This document shows positions 13,013 to 24,499 of a stretch of DNA of 64,000 nucleotides, piece by piece. How positions within the stretch are numbered: the first letter of the stretch is position 1; each line of letters opens with the position of its first letter. Origin of the DNA: Octopus vulgaris (taxonomy: Eukaryota); the NCBI GenBank assembly GCA_951406725.2, contig OX597821.1:43958001-44022000 (forward strand), given 5' to 3'. The position numbers and the translations under genes were made by a program. The notes beneath the pieces were generated by a model. That model was not told the origin of the DNA and searched no databases. It was given only the letters and a program-made list of their open reading frames with translations.

Positions 13013-13286
13013 CAAAACAGAGCGCGTGCGTGTGCAAAGGATTGTTGTTTAGCTGTTTATTTTTGCATACAAAACAGACCTTGAAGAATACACCAGCCCC
13101 AGGCCAAAGAATGTTACATTGTTTTTTTCCGCAAATCTAAGTCAAGGTGGAATCAAGGAAGTTTTTATATGAAATGTAAACATCTCACGTTTTGCTAAAT
13201 TCCATATTGGAAGTTAAATTTGTGTATTTCAGCTTCAGGCCAAAAGGATTATTGCTAAAAAGGAAAGAAAATCGTAGACTAACCGA

Positions 13287-13294
13287 TTATTATC

Positions 13295-13353
<59 letters not shown>

Positions 13354-13382
13354 TATTATTATTATCATTATTATCATCATCA

Positions 13383-13444
<62 letters not shown>

Positions 13445-13470
13445 GTTATTATCATCATCATTATTATTAC
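13287..13470. repeat. (CAT)n/(TAT)n microsatellite; (TAA)n on the minus strand at the 3' end of the second Dong-like fragment
   Basis: Read directly. Confidence 0.9.
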
Positions 13471-14205
13471 TGTTTTTTCCCGTCTTTCTTCAAATTTTCT
13501 TCCATTTCTCGCCGAGTTTTTCCCGTACACCTAGGGCAGAGAAGCTCATTGTATGCATTCCCAGATTACACACGCAAATTCACAGGTAAAATATGTATTT
13601 AAAAAAATTAATAAATAAATAAATTCATGAATGGATGTTGTTTTCACAGCGATAATGCTCTTCTCAGTACTTGAGTCGTTCCAGTTAATACGATTTTTGC
13701 ACTTCCTGTAGGGATGGTAAGCCTGGTATCATTTTCAAATAGGTTTCACTACCTTTTTTTATCATTCCTAGAGATCCTACAATCACTGGTACTGTAGTCG
13801 CCTTGAGATGCCGCCTTTTCCCAATTTCTATTGGCAAGTCTTTATATTTACTGATCTTGTCAAATTCTTTCGCCGCTATATTGTGATCGCAAGGAATACT
13901 CATGTCAATTAATAAACACACCTGTTTTGTCTGATCCTTTATAATAATATCCGGTTTATTAGCTTTTATAGTTTTGTCGGTATGTACGAGGAAGTCCCAG
14001 AGAATCGACACATTTTCTCCCTCAGTGACAGCTTCAGGATGGTGTTTATACCATTTGTCAGCGGTTTTGATTTTATAATACTGACATATTGTCCAGTGTA
14101 AATACTGGCCGACCCTGTCATGTCTTGCTTTATATTCTACAGGTGCTAAACTCTACACCCTGAGATTATGTGGTCTATAGTTTCAATCTCATCGCATCCA
14201 ACCTC
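13470..14205 (-). mobile_element. 5'-truncated R4/Dong-like LINE fragment (RLE domain plus 3' UTR), a different subfamily from the 9246 copy
   Basis: Minus strand ETIDHIISGC, RHDRVGQYLHWTIC and ILWDFLVHTDKTIKANKPDIIIKD...LIDMSIP...KISKYKDL...VPVIVGSLG; the 3' end runs into (TAA)n. Confidence 0.88.
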
Positions 14206-14325
14206 ATCCATACAAATATAATAAATAGAAATGCACAGTGAAGTAGCTTTTTACATTGTTCTTATTTACAATAACACAAGATGTTAGACACAAAAAAAGC
14301 TTCCTTGAATAATAATAATAATAAT

Positions 14326-14367
<42 letters not shown>

Positions 14368-14451
14368 AATAATAATCACTCTCGTCAGCACACAAAATGT
14401 TAGTAATACTATTTAATAGTATTTTGAAAGACCCGGGAAAAACTCCCCATT

Positions 14452-15742
14452 CGTATTACTTCATGCTTCTCTGTTGATGGACCACTTTGTTTCAGTAATA
14501 ACACTGATGAGTTATTTCGCTGTTTGTCCCAAGAGCATGTTCCAGCTAAATGGCGCTTATTCATTGATTCATCTCAGAGAAACCTCAAAGCAGTACTACT
14601 ACACAACGGCTAAAAGAAACCATCCATTCCCATAGGACATTCAGTGTACATGAAGGAGTATTATGAATACATGGAAGTACTCCTCAATGCCATAAAGTTT
14701 ACAAACTACAGCTGAAAAATATGTGGAGACTTGAAGGTGATTGGAATGTTGATGGGAATGCAATCTGGGTTCACCAAATATTGTTGCTTTTTATGCCTAT
14801 AGGACAGTTGTGCAACTAACAAACACTATGTGCAATCAGAGTGGCCTTTGCGAAAATCATGAGCCAGGAGTTTTTAGCGTCCAGAGTAAGCCACTTTTAA
14901 ACCCAGAAAATGTTCTTCTTCCCCCTCTTCACATAAAGCTTGGCCTCATGAAACAATTCGTGAAGACACTTGCCAGGAAAAGCTCAAAAGGTTTTGAATA
15001 TGTGAAGGCCAAATTCCCCAAAATCCCCGAGGCAAAACTGAGGTGTATTCATAGGTCCGCAGATAAAAGAACTCCTGAAGGACAACCACTTCCTCACAGA
15101 ACTGGATGAGATTGAGCTTAAAGCTTGGGAATCCTTCAAATGGCTCTGTGAAAATTTCTCAGGCAACAAGAGATCTCTAGAATTTAGAAATGGAGTGCAA
15201 TGTCTTCTAGATTTCTACGCTACAATGGACCGTTGGATGTCGCTAAAAGTCCATTTCCTTAATTCACATCTGGACGTTTTTGCAGAGAACCTTGGAGCAG
15301 TGTCTGATGAACAAGGGTAACGCTTTCATCAAGATATTGCATCGATGGAACAACGTTATCAATGATTTGGGAATGCAGGAATGTTAGCTGACTACTGTTG
15401 GATGTTATACAGGGATGAACCTGAGACAAAACACCATAGAAAGTTCAAATCCCAAAGATTTTAAGTTGTTATGCATTTGAGTGTATTCTAACTTATTTGT
15501 ACACAATAATTTTAATTTTGTACAATAAAAAGCCATGGAATTATCGTATCTTGTATTCAATATACTTTATATAGACATGCTTTACGTATCCTATAAATGA
15601 AAACAGCGGGTATCATTAACATGAAAATGTGACCTGGTAGAGGAAATCGGACTTCAGATTCGTAATCAGCATCAAAAATTAACCCAGAAAAGTAAATCAG
15701 CAAATCTGATGATTAAAAAAAGTTTCATTTTGTTGACCAGTG
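14452..15742 (+). mobile_element. Decayed Chapaev3-like (CMC superfamily) DNA transposon, 3' part with right terminus
   Basis: WRLFIDSS..LKAVLLHNG, ICGDLKVIGMLMGMQSGFTKYCCFLC, LLPPLHIKLGLMKQFVK, MSLKVHFLNSHLD..NLGAVSDEQG*RFHQDI, MLADYCWML with stops. The terminus ...cattttgttgaccagtg gives CACTG on the reverse strand. Confidence 0.75.
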
Positions 15743-16080
15743 TTATTAGGTCCAGTATGTTAGCACTGGTTCACTACATCCTGGTGGTTTTGCAGATCTT
15801 TGTCGACGATTGCTTATTCGACTGATGTGCCAGCTTATATCGTAGCTGTCCTATATATCTATTGAATATTCCTAAATTCGTCAATCAGAAGACACGCTAG
15901 CACCAGTGAAGCTCTGGTACTGTACACAAGATGCAGTGCACAGTTAACCTGTAACAGGGCTTTTGGCAAGATTTAAAACCACCTCACTTAAAATTGTAGC
16001 TTAGAACGTCAGCAAAAATATATTTCTAAATATGGTAAAAACGCTACATCAAAGTGGCTGGCCAATCAAACGGGCCTTTC

Positions 16081-16226
16081 AACTTTCCAGAACCGAGTTG
16101 CCATATAGCGGGCGATTTACATAGCAAAATCCTTCCTTTGATGTTCGCCGCCGTTAGTTGATATGCGTCAGATAATGCTGATTGGCCGGTAAACATTAAG
16201 ATGGGCGTTCTGTTCCCCCAAGTAAC
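16081..16226. promoter_or_regulatory. CpG-rich 146-bp module, copy 1 (possible promoter/enhancer)
   Basis: 3 mismatches versus 19619-19764. Contains attgg (CCAAT), tgcgtca (CRE-like), atttacat (octamer-like) and gttgccat (RFX-like half site). Function is inferred only. Confidence 0.35.
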
Positions 16227-17042
16227 CAAGTGAGCTGGAATCTTCCAGCTAAATGACCTTGTCAAACGTTCTAAAAATTACGTTGGAATTATTAAAAGCT
16301 TGCATTTTGAACACCAAGCAGAGTAATTCAGTAGTCCACGCAGAGCCTTATGGCTCTACTCCATGAAAAGGTCTCTCGCCTTTTTCTTTTTACGTCTTTT
16401 TACAGGACAACCTGAGATGCTAGTCGAAGCTATTTCAATCAGATTTGTGACAAAGCATTCTCTTTCTTTCTACTTAATTTGATTCTGATTATTATGAACA
16501 ATCTTCGAATTATTATTTAGCATATTATGCAGTGAAAACTTGTACCTGGTTGCGGTTCTATTTACTCAAATGTCGTACATTATAAAAAGGCAAACGTTCA
16601 GGATTAATAACAAAGTACAAAAACTAATACCAATATTATTATAGTCATTATGAACGCAGCCTACGAAATGTTATTCATCAATAATTACTTATCAACCCTA
16701 ATACCGAACTAATAACCTAATCTTTTCAGAAGAAAAGATTAGCCTTGCGCTAAATGCATAGTTACCATATTACAATACTGTAATAAATGATTGCGTTTTT
16801 AACGATGATTCAGTTCGCTGTACACTTTGAAGTAAATGCTTCCACACTGACAATTCCAACTCTGTAACTCTACTGTTGCTTTATCTCCTATGCACTTCAA
16901 CTCGTATTAACAAATGGGTGTTTATACACCTTTCAACTTTTATTGACAACTAGGCGCTTATTATACAGTGCATTGGTCATCATTTTGAGGTTGGTGATTA
17001 GGTAAGAAGCCGTGTTCATAGACAAGAATGGTCAAACAAATA

Positions 17043-17094
<52 letters not shown>

Positions 17095-17313
17095 TCAATT
17101 TAGGGTAGCAAAAAATTCAATAGAAATTTATCGCTACCAGCGGCCTAGTGGAAAAGAGAAAATAGTCAAAGACTAAAATATATAAATATAACAATTTAGG
17201 AATGGCCTTAACAGGCCATTCGTCCACCAGAGAGAGCAGCCAGAACTCAAACCGCCAAGCAGTAGTAATTCAGAAATTAGGTGAAAATTTAAAAACGTTT
17301 ACCCTAATTCATC

Positions 17314-17410
17314 TTTTAGACGATGCATCGTTTCTGTGTTTTTAATGATAAACTAGCTTAAATAAATTAAATTAAGCTAATCTACCATAGGTCACACTTC
17401 ATCAGTAAAA
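17314..17410 (-). ncRNA. Type I hammerhead ribozyme (array copy, minus strand)
   Basis: Reverse complement: tttta CTGATGA a gtgt...acac a GAAA cgatgcatcg TC taaaa. Confidence 0.85.
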
Positions 17411-18220
17411 AACCTGGGAGAGACAAATATACACGAGGCGTCTGTATCAATGCCTCTGGAATATCTGTCTTAAAATTTTCAAGACCAACGTGTTCGCGCC
17501 AACCCATCAGCAGTAAATATAAACTGCCGATTCAATCTCAGAATTAGTCAGAAAATTATCAATTAATCAATTTAGGGTAGCAAAATTCAATAGAAATTTA
17601 TCGCTACCAGAGGCCTAGTGGAAAAGAGAAAATAGTCAAAGACTAAAATATATAAATATAACAATTTAGGAATGGCCTTAACAGGCCATTCGTCCACCAG
17701 AGAGAGAGCAGCCAGAACTCAAACCGCCAAGCAGTAGTAGTTCAGAAATTAGGTGAAAATTTTAAAACGTTTACCCTAATTCATCTTTTAGACGATGCAT
17801 CGCTTCTGTGTTTTTAATTATAAACTAGCTTATGCATCGTCTAAAAGATGAATTAGGGTAAACGATTTTAAATTTTCACCTAATTTCTGAATTACTACTG
17901 CTTGGCGGTTTGAGTTCTGGCTGCCTCTCTGGTGGACGAATGGCCTGTTAAGGCCATTCCTAAATTGTTATATTTATATATTTTAGTCTTTGACTATTTT
18001 CTCTTTTCCACTAGGCCGCTGGTAGCGATAAATTTCTATTGAATTTTTTGCTACCCTAAATTGATTAATTGATAATTTTCTGACTAATTCTGAGATTGAA
18101 TCGGCAGTTTATATTTACTGCTGATGGGTTGGCGCGAACACGTTGGTCTTGAAAATTTTAAGACAGATATTCCGGAGGCATTGATACAGACGCCTCGTGT
18201 ATATTTGTCTCTCCCAGGTT

Positions 18221-18317
18221 TTTTACTGATGAAGTGTGACCTATGGTAGATTAGCTGAATTTAATTTAATTAAGCTAGTTTATCATTAAAAACACAGAAA
18301 CGATGCATCGTCTAAAA
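18221..18317 (+). ncRNA. Type I hammerhead ribozyme (array copy)
   Basis: Stem I tttta/taaaa; CTGATGA 18226-18232; stem II gtgt/acac extended by atggtagattagct/agctagtttatcat; GAAA 18297-18300; palindromic stem III cgatgcatcg; GTC triplet, predicted cleavage after 18312. Confidence 0.88.
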
Positions 18318-18692
18318 CATGAATTAGGGTAAACTTTTTTAAATTTTCACCTAATTTCTGAATTACTACTGCTTGGCGGTTTGAGTTCTGGCTGCTCTCT
18401 CTGGTGGACGAATGGCCTGTTAAGGCCATTCCTAAATTGTTATATTTATATATTTTAGTCTTTGACTATTTTCTCTTTTCCACTAGGCCGCTGGTAGCGA
18501 TAAATTTCTATTGAATTTTTTGCTACCCTAAATTGATTAATTGATAAGTTTCTGACTAATTCTGAGATTGAATCGGCAGTTTATATTTACTGCTGATGGG
18601 TTGGCGCGAACACGTTGGTCTTGAAAATTTTAAGACAGATATTCCAGAGGCATTGATACAGACACCTCGTGTATATTTGTCTCTCCCAGGTT

Positions 18693-18791
18693 TTTTACTG
18701 ATGAAGTGTGACCTATGGTAGATTAGCTTACTTTTTAATTTAATTAAGCTAGTTTATCATTAAAAACACAGAAACGATGCATCGTCTAAAA
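18693..18791 (+). ncRNA. Type I hammerhead ribozyme (array copy)
   Basis: Same architecture: CTGATGA 18698-18704, GAAA 18771-18774, predicted cleavage after 18786. Confidence 0.88.
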
Positions 18792-18988
18792 GATGAATTA
18801 GGGTAAACGTTTTTAAATTTTCACCTAATTTCTGAATTACTACTGCTTGGCGGTTTGAGTTCTGGCTGCTCTCTCTGGTGGACGAATGGCCTGTTAAGGC
18901 CATTCCTAAATTGTTATATATATATATATATTATAATAAACAGGTTATGTATATTTTATGTACTGGTCTTATATTAGACTGAAGAACA

Positions 18989-19218
18989 AGGCAGCGAGCT
19001 GGCAGAATCGTTAGCACACCGGACAAAGATGCTTCGTGACATTTCGTCCGTCATTACGTTCTGAGTTCAAATTCTGCCGAGGTTGACTTTGTTTTTCATC
19101 CTTCTAAGGACGATGAAATAAGTACCAATTGAACACTGGGGTCGATGTGATCGAGACCTTCATCCCTGCAAAAAGAAAAAAGATTTCAAGCCTTGTACCT
19201 ATAACTGAAAGGATTCTA
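18989..19218 (+). mobile_element. tRNA-derived SINE family A
   Basis: ggcagcgagctggcagaatcgttagcacaccgg...gagttcaaattctgccgaggttgactttg...tcatcc...aagtaccaa...ggggtcgatg. Confidence 0.85.
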
Positions 19219-19618
19219 TTATACCGAAGAACATTTTTATAAGGAAGGAGATATTAAAAGATTTACAATTTGGGGGAAAAAAATGCTCTAGTTAAATCTT
19301 TTAGGTTACGTGTCCATTATCATAATAGAAATAAGAGGAAATAAGTCGGTCGAATAAGGGATTATGCACGTCAACATTAAAACAAGGATAATTTATCTTG
19401 TCGAACGTGTACTTTCAGTGTATATTATAAAAGAACAAGTAGAAGATGAGAGTAGAGGGTGCAATCGCAGCCCCTAACATTTTGGGAGGCAGTGAAAACA
19501 CTTTGAACACCCTCCTGAAAAACTGGGTTTCTCGCACTTATATAAAATGTTTTGGGAGGAATTTTGAGCTGACTCTGTTCGAGTGTTCAAATCGTCAGAC
19601 TTTTATAATCATGAGCGA

Positions 19619-19764
19619 AACTTTCCAGAACCGAGTTGCCATATTGCGGGCGATTTACATAGCAAAATCCTTCCTTTGATGTTCGCCGCCGTTAGTTGAT
19701 ATGCGTCAGATAATGCTGATTGGCCGGTAAACATTAAGATGGGCGGTCTGTTCTCCCAAGTAAC
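19619..19764. promoter_or_regulatory. CpG-rich 146-bp module, copy 2
   Basis: Direct repeat of 16081-16226 with 3 mismatches. Confidence 0.35.
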
Positions 19765-20809
19765 TGTGTTTTTTAAGGCGACATTATTAGGTTATGACTC
19801 ATAGCTTCAAATCCAACTGAAGAGGTTCGAATCGAAGCAGAGACCTGCTACAAAACCCTTTCAGTTTTATTAACAACTGGGTGTTTATTACAATACATCA
19901 TTAAAATTTTATTAACAATTGAGTGTTTATTTCTATACATCCTTCAACTTAGATGAACAACTGGGTGCTTAATGTTGATGCAATATTGAGGATAGTTGCT
20001 GGATCCTATACACTTTTAATTTAATAAATTACAATAATCAAATTAAATGGCAACGGTAAATGGACAGACTTACTTCATTATTATCGGATATTAATTAACA
20101 GGCGATCAATTCTAGTTCTGTGTTTCAGTATATTAAACACATCAATACAATAATTGAGCTTAATTATTATTTTTCTCATAAATAAGATTGGTTGAACGAA
20201 TCTGATTATTCCTTATATATTATAGACACTGAAATGCTAACCTTCTCCATTATATTAAATTGATATTTTCAAACAGGAAACATTTACTGCATAACGTTTA
20301 GCAAAAGCTATATCACCGACAATGGGTTGGAATTAAATGATAGTTACATTTTACAACTTAGAGCACAAAAACATATTTACAATACATTAAAGTTGCGTAC
20401 CAGGAGAGAATATTTAACATTCATATTTCGTGACATAAAAAAAGGCATTTATTTATTGAATTGATGTAATGTAGCATTTAAGCAATGATTTTGGGTTTGG
20501 TTTAAAACAAATTAAAAAGTAACTAGAAATGAAACAAGACGAAGGGTGTCTTCCATTTAAATTCACCTGCCATCATCTCTCGAGAGTAATCCTCTAAATA
20601 TCTCGAGAAGCTAAATATCAAACTGTAGGTAGAACAATAAATATTAGAACCCTTAACTTCATATAAATCACCCCATTCAACCTCGTCCTGTCTGATATAT
20701 ATATACATATCAATCATATAATAATATAAATAATATGTGTGTATATGTGTGTGTGTATGTATGTATGTATGTATGTATGTATGTATGTATGTATGTATGT
20801 ATGTATGTA

Positions 20810-21150
20810 TGTTGAACTTCTCTTTCAGAAAATAACAATGACAGGCCCTACACTTGCTAATGAAATGAAAAGGCATGTTGTGATTGTGGCTTTGAAGGCT
20901 AATCATGGTGATTTAGAAATTTATTGTTTCTTGAAAGTTGCAAGATCTTTTGTCCACAAGATTCCGTTTTAGTTAGAGAAAGAAGATGAAAGCATATTAC
21001 CTGTATCAAAAAGTAAAAAAAACATTCCTATTCAGAAAGGTAAGCAAAACATTGAAGATAAGCCAGAAAACCAATGAGGTCAACTGCAAAAGAAATTCGT
21101 GTTAGAAAAAAACAATCAGAAATGTTGTGCATGAAGACCGATAAGATAAA
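20810..21150 (+). mobile_element. Decayed Tc1/mariner-superfamily transposase 5' fragment
   Basis: MKRHVVIVALKANHGDLEIYCFLKVARSFVHKI resembles an N-terminal paired-like HTH; degraded and bounded by microsatellites. Confidence 0.45.
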
Positions 21151-21170
21151 CACATGTATATTTATGTATA

Positions 21171-21234
<64 letters not shown>

Positions 21235-21252
21235 TATGCATATATATATACA

Positions 21253-21374
<122 letters not shown>

Positions 21375-21381
21375 ACATATA

Positions 21382-21900
21382 TCAGGTCATCCCATAAGTT
21401 CTGTCCGATTTTACCTTTTTAAAATTGAATGAAATTTAATAGTATTATGGAAAGTCTAATGAAATTAAAAATTATTTTATGCTCTTGTGTACATTTAAAC
21501 TAATTAAATATTATTTTACAGAATAATAGAATTAAAATTTCTTTGACGAAGTATCCAAAGCGCATTTGAGGCACGTACTGCTTTATGAGTACAAAAAGGA
21601 AACCCTGAAGCCGAAGCGACTTGAAACATACGGTCAGTTTATGGGAAAGAATACTTGAATGAAAGAACTTGCAGAAGATGGTTTGAAAAATTCAGAAGTG
21701 GCGATTTCAGCCTTGAAGATGAAGATCGAACAGGACGTCCAGTTGAGTTTGATGATAAGCTCCTTGAGGCATTACTTGAAGAAAATCCTGCATTATTAGT
21801 TGAAGAATTGGCAATAAAGCTTAGTTCAAACCATACAATTGTTCATCATCATCTTCAACAACTTGGAAAGGGTCCTAAATTTGGAAAATGAGTGACCATA
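21382..21900 (+). mobile_element. Mariner transposon 5' half (left TIR plus HTH region), truncated at the WVPHEL linker
   Basis: TA|tcaggtcatcccataagttctgtcc terminus; HLRHVLLYEY..., ERTCRRWFEKFRSGDFSLEDEDRTGRPVEFD...HHHLQQLGK. Confidence 0.85.
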
Positions 21901-21956
21901 TATGCATTATACATACATACATACATACGTACGTATGTACGTTGTGTGTGTGTGTA

Positions 21957-21990
<34 letters not shown>

Positions 21991-22045
21991 CGTTGTTATA
22001 GACACCACATTCACATTTTCTCTCTTTATATATATATATTTATAT

Positions 22046-22115
<70 letters not shown>

Positions 22116-22859
22116 GTATGTATAAATATGATGTATGTTGTTATAGACGTATGTATTATAGACACCCTATCCACATTTTCTCTCTTTCTGTATCATTGTA
22201 CACATATACTTTGTTCTATTTGATTGGACACCTTTCGTTGCTCAACGTTTTCCATATTTGCATTGTATTTTTTCAATTGTTCATACAACTGTTTTGCCAT
22301 GGTTCATTTTTCTGTGCCCTCTTAGTGCACACTCCGCCTACACTACTAATAATCGACCGCTTCCGGTCTAAGAGGGGACCTCTGGAGACGCAGTTGCCCC
22401 CCACCACCACCTTGACAGCGGGTTAAACAAGTTGAACATATAGAGGGCGTTACGCAACATTATTGTTCAGACATTCATCTCTTTTCGCTTTCTGCACTGG
22501 AACGCGAGCTGTGAAGACGCAACCTGACTGGTTCTCTCTCATACCACACACCAGCTTGCCGATAGGAGCAAACCGCAGAAGAGCATGGCCTCTGCGCACC
22601 AACCATTCCATCCTTCATTCAGTTGTGTATATATACGGGCGGCTGCAGTAAACGTATTTAAAGTTACAACCTTGTTTATATGTTCTTCATCAGGGTTTGC
22701 TACCAAACGAGATTACAGCCTTCTGAGTGAGTCACATTAGATGGCTTGACAGCAGCCTATCCATCTATAATGACATTGGATTGAACGGCCCTAAAAACAT
22801 ATTCTAATTGACCTAAATTTTGCTTATGCCTAAACACTTCTTGGCGCTAACTTTTCCAT

Positions 22860-23116
22860 ACACACACACACACACAACGTACATACGTACGTACGTACGT
22901 ATGTATGTATGTATGTATGTATGTATGTATGTATGTATGCATGCATGTATGTATGTATGTATGTATGTATGTATGTATGTATGTATGTATGTATGTATGC
23001 ATGCATGCATTTATGTATGTATGTATGTATGTATGTATGTATGTATGTATACATGCATGCATGTATGTATGTTTGTATGTATGTATGTATGTATGCATGT
23101 ATGTATGTATGTATAT
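22860..23116. repeat. (TATG)n microsatellite
   Basis: Read directly. Confidence 0.95.
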
Positions 23117-23409
23117 ATGGTCACTCATATATGCATCTGGATATGTAAATTCCTTCCTCCGGTGGAATACACATCTAATAAACCGATAACGATAATGTAA
23201 ATAATTAAGATGGATGCATTCGAGTAGTGAGGGCATTCATTTGTCGTTCATTACTATAATATTTGCTTTACTAATGCCGTTTCTCTGTCCCTCAAATGAT
23301 TCCAGTTGATCAATCATAGCTGGATAGCTTCGACCATTAAAGGTAATTTGCTATTTGTCGCATTAATGACTGAATGGAATGAATATTGGTCCTTTTAGTT
23401 TCAAACAGT

Positions 23410-23654
23410 TACATACACATATACATACATACGTACGTACATACATACATACATACATACATACATACATACATACATACATACATACATACATACATAC
23501 ATACATACACCATATGTACGTACATACACGCATATCTGTGTATGCACATGCATACGTAAAAGTCCACCTATCCATACAAATGCTTGCATACACATACACA
23601 TGCATAGACAGACAATACACATACACACATAAATACATACATACAAATATACAT

Positions 23655-23691
<37 letters not shown>

Positions 23692-23890
23692 AATATACTT
23701 ACATGCATACATACATATCTACAAATATACATGCATACAAACATACAAATAGACATACATACGTACATACAAACATACATACATACATACATACATACAT
23801 ACATGCATACATACATACATACATACATACATACATACATACATACATACATACATACATACATACATACATGCATACATGCATACATAG
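23410..23890. repeat. (CATA)n/(TA)n microsatellite field
   Basis: Read directly. Confidence 0.95.
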
Positions 23891-24499
23891 AGGAAAGCAA
23901 ATCATGTCCAAATAACATCGTTTCCTTGACAGGAAGAGAGTACATCTTAACAAAAGTATTCTTGTTGTTGAAGACTTCTATGATGTCTTCAGGTCAGCAA
24001 TGACATACTAACCGTGTCAAAAGTGGAACATTCCAGTTTATTCTGCCGGAAGTTGTTTATTACAATGGTGTTCTTAGAAATGGTGTTTCAATTCACGTCC
24101 AGCACAACACTATTTGTTAGACCTGTTATATGCCAAACCAGTCTGGATATTGGCGTTTAACATCCAGGGCATTGTGATACCGCTTATTGTTAATTACTCC
24201 CGCTTTTCAAAGACACGGAATCACAGACTGTACATGATAGAGTTTGTCTGGAATGCCCAAATTTTATTTCTTAAAAGTGATTCTACAGTCTCTATAATTC
24301 GTGCTGCACGTTGTTATTACGAAGATTTGTTAGTCTTTATGGTAATCTTTGCAAACTAAAATCATAAAAATGTTGATACAGCAAATTGATTTCTCTGCCA
24401 TAAATACTACTTTCCTTCCGTGAGATTCATGCAGACAGAAAACCGATAATTTCATTAAAAATCTAAGGTGGCGTGTATTTAACTTCGATAAATAAGATG

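Larger units (their letters stand above)
17091..18918. mobile_element. ORF-less tandem plus inverted array of a ~472-bp hammerhead-bearing unit (retrozyme / non-autonomous Penelope-like element) inserted in (TA)n
   Basis: The unit start ttaatcaatttagggtag recurs at 17091 and 17563. The orientation flips at ~17831/17832, then ~2.3 units follow to ~18918. (TA)n lies on both sides. Confidence 0.85.

Noticed and set aside
17091-18918. CRISPR array or simple satellite interpretation
   Set aside because: Eukaryotic context, no short repeat/unique spacer pattern and no cas genes; the units are 472 bp and carry ribozymes.
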